DNA from: Eledone cirrhosa
Taxonomy: Eukaryota
Reading direction: 5' to 3'
DNA: 17,829 nucleotides
Assembly (NCBI GenBank): GCA_964016885.1
Contig: CAXHJY010000407.1
Coordinates: 1-17,829 of the forward strand
The notes under the pieces are model-generated. The model ran no database searches, was not told where the DNA came from, and was given only the letters and a program-made list of their open reading frames with translations. The first letter of the stretch is position 1; every line of letters starts with the position of its first letter. Positions 1 through 6,896 of the stretch are shown piece after piece. The translations under genes and the position numbers were made by a program.

Positions 1-216
1 TATCAGAATATCATAACTATTTGAGTGTGGGTTCCGTTAGGTTTCAAGAAGGGTACTTTGCAACCAAATGGTTTTAGTTTTAGTTCAGGGTGTATCTTGT
101 GAGTGAAATTTGGAAAATGGATGTGTTTTTGTTATTGTCCCTTAACCCTTTAGCATTTACATTACTCTATATATTGATCACTTATAGATAAGGGGAACAC
201 GCCAGCCAAGAATCAT

Positions 217-325
217 CACGTGGCTAGTGGTCAAAGTAGAAGGTTCTGAATGGTGGCCAGGTGGCAAGTGGCTGGCTGCTAGAAAGCGCAGCCAGATACT
301 GCCTAAAGTTTTACTCTACCGTACG
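217..325 (+). mobile_element. Possible highly decayed tRNA-derived SINE fragment
   Basis: A-box-like tggctagtgg (221-230) and a downstream gctagaaa..gcagcca motif recalled from cephalopod repeats. No clear B box. Confidence 0.25.
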
Positions 326-577
326 GGAGTATATATTAAATTAATAAGGATATATGTATATATTTAGACATAGTCACATATACATATATGAGTGTGGCTC
401 AATAAAAAATTTAATTAAGCAAATAATGTCTTAGCCATTTTTGAATTCATTTCTGGCGGTGATCACTGTAGAAATTTTAGTCCAAACTTGAGGAGTCTCT
501 TGATAAGCTCGAAGCCTCATGGATATTACGAGGATCGGATATATCCACAAAGTGCGAGCGAAACTGTTGACAGTCGA

Positions 578-882
578 GACTAGAGGAATTTTGGTAAATT
601 TTATATGCATTTTTTCTTCTAACTTATATTTTAGACCTAGCTCCGTTTAATTGATTATTTGTCTAGTAAATTTCTACGGGCTAAAAGGAATGACTAGATA
701 AATTTTATCTAACTGTTCCTCGCGGAAAATAGTCTACATCATTTGTCTATTATTTCTTCATAGTTACATTTTAAACTTATAGCCTCGTTTAAATGATTAT
801 TTATATGGATGATTTCTACGGACTAGGGAGAGGAAAGACTGTGTATATTTTATCTAATAATTCTTCAAACTTACAATTTTAT
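578..882. repeat. Degenerate direct repeat, ~142-bp period (about 2 copies plus a partial one)
   Basis: cgtttaa(t/a)tgattattt at 644 and 786; tttctacgg at 671 and 813 (both offset 142). Related ttcttc..tta(t/c)a.ttt and attttat(a/c)t motifs recur three times. Confidence 0.7.
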
Positions 883-1086
883 ATCTATATATATATATAA
901 ATATAGTTATACTTGGAGAGGGTCATATTGTTGTAATAATATTGCCAGAAATAATAACAGAACACACTCACTGATGGGTTGGTTTTCGCTTCTGTATCTT
1001 TTATATCTCCACAGTTAATTCATTTGGTCCACAATGTTTATCATTGACTGACCAACGGTAAAAAATACAGATATAAATGCATATAT

Positions 1087-1140
1087 ATAGTATAACAAAG
1101 TTCTTTCGTTGCACATCTGCAACATCATCAGTGGTACTAT
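1087..1140 (-). ncRNA. Hammerhead ribozyme-like motif (type I topology, probably degenerate; Penelope-like element/retrozyme type)
   Basis: Minus strand reads AUAGUACCA-CUGAUGA-U-GUUGCA-GAUG-UGCAAC-GAAA-GAACUU-UGUUAUACUAU. Both core boxes flank a perfect 6-bp stem II with a 4-nt loop. AUAGUA/UACUAU can close stem I. Stem III is minimal or imperfect. Confidence 0.6.
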
Positions 1141-1673
1141 TATGTTTCCTCCTGTTGTATTGTATGTCTACTTAGGGTAGTAGAGTGGGTAATAGGAGAA
1201 AGTATGACCCCGACGGCAGAGCTCAAGCCGTTTCGACGGGAATTTCTGGACTTTATATATATATATAATTCAAAATTCAGTAAAGCCAATGATTAATATT
1301 ACTGTTGTTTATTTATGAATCTATGACGATTTCAATGCAGCTAGAATAATATACCAATAGTGGAGAAAAACCGAAAATTATAAATGCTCTGCTACTATAA
1401 ATATTTGCTCCTAAAGAACAAAGGGAATAGTGAACTATAACTCATATATGTAACCTCATATATATAATATATATATATATATGCTATCTTTTCTTAGATA
1501 CTTATGCTTACTTCCCATATTATGTATCCTCTTAATGTTTTTATGACAAACTTCCAATATTATATTTGTGTTTTAACCTTTATTATATACTCCGATGATT
1601 CCGGCATTGTGTTAGGATGAAACGATCGTAAGTGATTAAATGTTTTAAACACTTTTTTATTGTTATTTATAAA

Positions 1674-1674
<1 letters not shown>

Positions 1675-1712
<38 letters not shown>

Positions 1713-1760
1713 AGAGTATTGAAGTTTATATATATATAGATATATAGATATAGATAGATA
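1675..1760. repeat. (TA)n microsatellite (1675-1710) followed by a (TA)/(GATA) mixed tract
   Basis: Directly visible. Shorter (TA)n tracts also occur near 887-899, 1254-1267, 1469-1482 and 6162-6176. Confidence 0.95.
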
Positions 1761-3986
1761 TGCTTCTTTATTAGCCACATGGGCACAAAAGAAGGGGACA
1801 AATTCAAAGAGGGAGTTTACATACAATAAAAACGTGTAAAATACTATCACAAATGCAATTTAAAAAAACAATCGATTTTCCCCAATAGGGGGAGACATTA
1901 CATATGAGTAACACATATCCCCGAAAAAATGTTCAACCCTCATCTCCAGGAGTACGAAGAGTGAGTACCCCCTTCCTCTCTTCCTCTTTTTCCTCAACCT
2001 ACAGGCTGATATAGAGAGAAGGTCCATTCACACGGGCCATTCTCGCCACTTTCACCCACCTTTCATAAAACTTGCTGGGGTACAGCACCTCTCTCTCCAT
2101 CCTGATTCTTCTTCCAAAGTGGTATTTGAAAAAAAGAATCAGTTGTTGGCCGGATAGAAAGGTGTCTGACCTCAGCCCTTTTAACCTCGTCCACCATACA
2201 ACCTCTTTCGCCATAGCTATCACACAGAGGAAAACCGCCTCTCCTTCGTTTTTGAAGGAGGGAGGCGGTTTGATCATGACAATGGACTTGGTGGTCAACC
2301 GGATTGGTCCCACAATAGTCGTTCTACATAGCCCCACAGGTCGGTAACGCCCGGGCAGTGTACGAATGCGTGCGCGACGGTTTCTTCGTCTCACACAGAT
2401 CTTTTTCGAAAGGTCCCTGCCCAGGCGCCCGTGTCTGTAGAGCTTGTCTCGAACTGGTAGAGCTCCTCGGTAGCACTGCCAGGCCAGAGACTTTTGGAAG
2501 TTGTCCACCGGTCCCGGGCGGAAGGTCCTACTGAACAGACTGGCCAGTTCGTCTTCCTCTACGCCTAGAGTTTCTCCGAGCGCGTCATCGCACTTGCTGC
2601 GGACCAACCCTTTATAGAATGACGAAGTGGAGTCTCCACTAATCGCCGGGTCCGCCTGCTAGAGGGCTGTGAGCGCCTGAGCACATTCTATGTGCCAGTC
2701 GCCCATTTTCTTCGGTCTTTTCTTCACCCAGGACTGCAGCTCGGTCAGCGAGATGAGTCGCCTCACGAACGGGGCCCACACCGGTTATTCAGTGAGGAAT
2801 ACGTGGTGGTGCCACAGCCTGAGGGAGTGTTTGTGCATCGTCAGCCACGGCATCCCCAGCCCTCTGTTGGAAGGGTGTTGGCAGCAGATGGATCTTCTCA
2901 CCAAAGGAGCCTGTTTCTTCCAAAGGAATTGGAAGAGCGCACGCTCCATTTTGGTGAGCGTTTTGGCTGGACAAGGCACGACGGTCAAGCGGTAGTAGAT
3001 GACGGACGCTATAAAAGTGTTCACCACCTCCGCTCGACCTTTCAAGGATAGTTTGCACTCGGCCCACTTCTTGGCCGACACCTCGTTCCAGTTCTTCTCC
3101 ATCTGGAGGTCCGGACCAAACCAGACCCCGAGCAGCTTCACCGGTCCTTCCGTCCAGCGTCCGACGACACCATCAGAAGGCATCGGTTTGCCTCTCCACG
3201 ATCCGAGTTGCAAACCGACGGACTTGTCCCGGTTCAGCTTCACTCCTGTGAACCTTTCGTATTCCTTCAGTAAGGTGCCGACTTCCTCGATTTGCGAGGT
3301 CCTCGACACCATTACTGTCACGTCGTCGGCGTAGGCCGATGCCGCTTTCCGCAGTCCCGGTTCCAGAGGGATGCCCTGCAATAGCTCCAATTTACACAGT
3401 AGTGGCTCGAGAGTCAGTAAGTACAGAATGGAGGAGAGAGGGCATCCCTGTCGAATGGATCGCGTGATATGGAACGGCTCCGAGAGGTAGCTGTTCACCT
3501 TAACCCTTGAGCAGATGTTGCTGCTGTGCATTGCAGCAATCCAGCCCCTGAACACGGGTCCGAAGCCTGCTGCCTCGAGCACCGCATCCAGGTAACGATG
3601 GTCAACCCAATCGAAAGCCTTAGACTGATCCAAGTTGATCAGGACCCCACCGAAGCCGGGTTTACACCCTACCCTCTCTATGATGTATCACATGAGGTGG
3701 AGGTTGTTGTGTATGGACCTGGTCGGGATTGCGGATGTCTACGCTTCTCCCACCAGGTTTTCGACGACAAGCACCAGCCTCTTTGCCAACACATTGGCCA
3801 AAATCTGTAACTCTGTGTTTAGCAGAGTTATGGGCCAGAAGTTGCCTATGTCATCCTCCTTATTCTCATCCTTCCTGACTAGCGTGACTACGCCCTTGGT
3901 CACAGAACTGGGAATTCTCCAGTTGCAGTAGACCGCTTCCAGGAGAACAGAGAACAAGTCCGGCATTGCTACGTAAAATTTGTGGG
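1761..3986 (-). mobile_element. 5'-truncated non-LTR retrotransposon of the L1 group (Tx1-like)
   Basis: Decayed ORF2 (3986-1999) plus a ~240-bp 3' UTR with AATAAA on the minus strand at 1772-1767, abutting a microsatellite. No endonuclease or ORF1 is present. Visibly GC/CpG-richer than the flanks. Confidence 0.9.
1999..3986 (-). pseudogene. LINE ORF2 remnant: reverse transcriptase plus C-terminal zinc knuckle (zf-RVT-like)
   Basis: ORF-track pieces 3739-4014, 2785-3633 and 1999-2607 share one frame, broken by stops at ~3739, 3688, 2785 and 2659. Motifs: NFWPITLLN, LDQSKAFDWVDH, IRQGCPLS, YADD, VKLLGVWF, GLGMP. The knuckle ICVR/DEETVAHAFVHCP (2400-2352) is split by a frameshifting deletion. 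Confidence 0.92.
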
Positions 3987-4015
3987 TAGATAAATAGATA
4001 GATAGATATCCCAAA

Positions 4016-4306
4016 GTGCTGGTGCTATGACAAAAAACACTCAGTCCACCCTGTATGGTGGTAGTGTCATGTCAGCAAAAAGCACCCCATCTACCTTCTA
4101 AGGTGGTTGTGCTGGTGCTATGAGAAATGCACTCAGGGCACCCTGGAAGGTGGTAGTTGGCATTTGGAAGGGCATCCAGTCATAGAAAACTGAGCCCAAA
4201 ATAGATTGTATGAGTAAAACTTGGTCATGTGACCTGTCTAGCTACATAATGTGACAACTCATCTAACCTATGCAAGCATAGAAAATAGATGTTAAATGGC
4301 AATGAT
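4016..4306 (+). mobile_element. RTE-3'-end-related repeat/SINE fragment with three degenerate ~45-48-bp tandem subunits
   Basis: gtgctggtgctatga...cactcag..caccctg...ggtggta at 4016 and 4109, with a weaker copy between. The part ~4125-4305 (ggaagggcatc, tgtatgag, tggtca, gacaact..tctaacc, gaaaat.ga) aligns by eye with the RTE 3' UTR at ~5755-5937. Confidence 0.7.
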
Positions 4307-4338
4307 ATATATGTGTGTGTGTGCATGTGTGTGTGTGT
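4306..4338. repeat. (TA)/(TG)n microsatellite
   Basis: tatatatgtgtgtgtgtgcatgtgtgtgtgtgt is visible. Confidence 0.9.
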
Positions 4339-4375
4339 ACAAAAGATAAAAGACAGACAGTACAATGAAGAAATT

Positions 4376-4481
4376 ATTATTAGTTTTATGCTTACGGGGT
4401 CGATAAAATAAAGTACCAGTAATGCACTGGGTAATTGTTGGCCTTGTGCCTAAAGTAGAAACAATTATTAGTTTTATGCTT
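4376..4481 (+). mobile_element. 70-bp truncated SINE-like insertion (4394-4463) with an 18-bp target-site duplication
   Basis: attattagttttatgctt is identical at 4376-4393 and 4464-4481. The insert begins ggggtcgataaaataaagtaccag, which resembles the Nin-domain SINE core as recalled from memory. Confidence 0.8.
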
Positions 4482-4584
4482 GATACAGGAGGAAAAAAGT
4501 TTTAACATTTCGGGAGATATGTTAAAACTTTTTTAAAACCCTTATGAGAAAATAGAATGAGAACTTAAAGAAGAAATAGAAAGA

Positions 4585-5646
4585 TTGGGGAGATGGGCAG
4601 CGGCAGTGAGAGCTGTACAAGCCATGTATAGAGGAACAGTCAGCAAGGTTAGAATTAACAATGACTATAGTGAAGAATTTAGTGTGCAGGCAGGTGTTCA
4701 TCAGGGTTCTGTACTTAGCCCTCTTCTGTTTATTATCATCCTACAGGCTATAACAGAAGGCTTTACCACTGGCTGCCCATGGGAACTTCTGTATGCAAAT
4801 AATCTAACATTTATAGCTGAATCTCTGGCAGAATTATAGAAGAAATTCCTGGCCTAGAATCAAAAGGTCTTAAAGTTAACTTGTCAAAGACTATATTCCT
4901 AGTATATAGAAAGGAAAGCAGGGTCCAGATTTCCTTGGGGAAATGGCCTTGCTCAGTGTGCAAGAGAGGAATAGGTAGACATTCCATCCTGTGTCCCAAA
5001 TGCAAGCTATGGGAACACAAATAATGTAGTGGGATCACAGGTAGGCTATCAAAGAACATATATGTGACTAATGCACAGGTGCAATAAGTAGCATGAGCCC
5101 ACAGGATACTAACACCTTCAAATGCCCAGAGAGCTCTGTAGAAATAGTCGATAGATTTTGTTATCTGGGTGACGAAATTAACAGTGGAGGAGAGTGTTTC
5201 GAAGGTACAGTAGCCAGAGTGAGAACAGGATGGAGAAAATTCAGGGAGCTACTATTGTTGCTTGTTACAAAAGGTTTTTTTCCCCTCAAAATGAAGAGCA
5301 GATTGTATGATGTATGTAGACAAACAGCAATGTTGCATGGTAGTGAGACCTGGGTGCTGAGAAGATTGGAAAGAAATGAAACCTGAATGCTCTGATGGAT
5401 GTGTAATAGTAATATACATGAACAGCAAAGTATAAATGAACTGAGAGAGAAACTGGGCATAAGAGGGATCAGATACAGTGTGTAGGAGAGGAGATTGCCT
5501 TGGTATGACCATGTGATGCATATGAAGGATGACAGCTGTATAAAAGGGGGCAGGGTGCTCAAAGTTGATGGAAGCTATGGAGTAGGAAGACCAAGAAAGG
5601 TGTTGGATAAGGTGATAACAGCTGACCTTGCTGAATTGTACCTCTG
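4585..5646 (+). pseudogene. RTE ORF remnant: RT domains 4-7, PHD-finger insert, thumb and C-terminus
   Basis: GVHQGSVLSPLLF, LLYANNL (YADD decayed), GLKVNLSKT, VDRFCYLGD, MLHGSETW, ERRLPWYDHVMHM, GRPRK. Several stops and frameshifts. Confidence 0.9.
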
Positions 5647-5937
5647 AAAAGCAATGCCACAGGATCAAGATCTTTAGCATTATGCAGAAGACCCATCTTC
5701 CCATGTGCACGGGTTGAAGCATATATCTAGTATGCATCACTTTGTATCACAACAAAAAGCACCCAGTACTCACTGTAAATGTGGTTGGTGTTAGGAAGGG
5801 CATCTAGCTGTAGAAACCAACCTACAAACAGTTCTGTATGAGCAAGACATGGTCACCTATTCTGACTTGTCTCACAATGGGACAACTTGTCTAACCCATG
5901 TTAATGTGGAAAATGGACGGTAAACGGTGATGATGAT
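4585..5937 (+). mobile_element. 5'-truncated RTE-clade non-LTR retrotransposon
   Basis: Decayed RT and C-terminal coding remnant (to ~5640), ~300-bp 3' UTR, and a short (TGA)n tail at 5928-5937 typical of RTE 3' ends. Confidence 0.88.
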
Positions 5938-5948
5938 ATTTATATATA

Positions 5949-6157
5949 GAAGTGCTAAGAAATCCTGGTGAAAGGAAGATGCAGTAGAGGCAGACCACGA
6001 AAAACATGGGCGTAGGTGGTGAGAGCTGACCTCAGATCGCTGAAGCTCACAGAGATGACGAAGGACCGTGACGAATAGAGAGATGCTGTGCTGAAAAGGA
6101 CCTGTCCCACCTTTGCAAGCAGAGAAAAGCAGACGTAAAATGATAATGATGATGATA
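5949..6157 (+). mobile_element. Short 3' stub of a second RTE family
   Basis: Translates as VKGRCSRGRPRKTWA*VVRADLRSLKLTEMTKDRDE*RDAV. Ends ...gacgtaaaa(tga)n with almost no 3' UTR. Confidence 0.8.
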
Positions 6158-6175
6158 CGCTTATATATATATATA

Positions 6176-6497
6176 TCATCATCATCATCTACCATGCAGC
6201 ATTGCACACTTATTCTTTTACTGGTGGTAATTTACTAGAATGTTGCTGAGGTGGGGTACCACCATCAAAGGATTTAGTGTAGATTGGGTGCTCTTTAATG
6301 TGGCACAAAAAAAAAACACCTAACACTGGGGGCTTTTTTGTCATGTCGCCAAGACAATCACCTTACAGCATGGACTAGGTACTTTTTATTGTAACACCAG
6401 GGTGGACTGGCTGCTTCTTGTATGTCATCGGCACAACCACCTTACAGGATGAACTAGGTACTTTTTGTCAGGACACCAGCAAGACCACCCTTCAGGA
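6176..6497 (-). mobile_element. Minus-strand copy of the RTE-tail-related repeat with ~5 degenerate tandem subunits
   Basis: (CAT)n at 6177-6189 is a (TGA)n tail on the minus strand. caccttacag.atg.actaggtacttttt occurs at ~6359 and ~6438. The reverse complement (tgctggtgtcctgacaaaaagtacctag...ctgtaaggtggttgtgc) matches the 4016-4156 subunits. Confidence 0.6.
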
Positions 6498-6896
6498 AAT
6501 ATGAAAAAAAGCCTTATTAAAAAGTTAAAACTGGAATATAGCTGTGTGTTTAATACAACATATGTCTGTATGTTTGTGTGTGATATCCACTGTGCCATAC
6601 TGCCCACTTATATGTAACTGGGGTTGGCATTGGATCTACCCTTCCATATATCAACCCGACCCACAGTCATTATGTGATGCCACCCACATATGGGGAGCCA
6701 TCTTTAGTCTTGTCTATACTAAGTCCCCTGACACTAACTTATCAATTCCCGCTTCAATCATGATGGCTCTATATGACAGATACATCACATACATCCCACC
6801 ATCAACTTCTTCCCATACTGCTAGCCATCACTCCCACTTCTCATTGACTAGTCATGTTTTCCCATCACCCACAGCAAACATGTAGACACCATTAAT

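Noticed and set aside
968-990. Plus-strand CTGATGG as a second hammerhead core
   Set aside because: The core box is mismatched (CUGAUGG), and no stem II-GAAA follows.
1560-1850. 96-aa ORF with an IYIY run
   Set aside because: Translation of the LINE 3' UTR and a (TA)n microsatellite.
2072-3931. Plus-strand ORFs 2072-2347, 2690-2995, 2692-3051, 2999-3334, 3526-3810, 3635-3931 and alternate-frame ORF 2789-3067
   Set aside because: Antisense or off-frame shadows of the GC-rich LINE ORF2, with no recognisable motifs.
4811-6207. Minus-strand ORFs 4811-5059, 5161-5562, 5252-5740, 5872-6207, 5955-6188
   Set aside because: Antisense to RTE remnants and microsatellites.
6425-6885. ORFs 6425-6607 (-) and 6544-6885 (+)
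   Set aside because: Non-ATG starts, no motifs, partly low-complexity, and no supportable exon structure.
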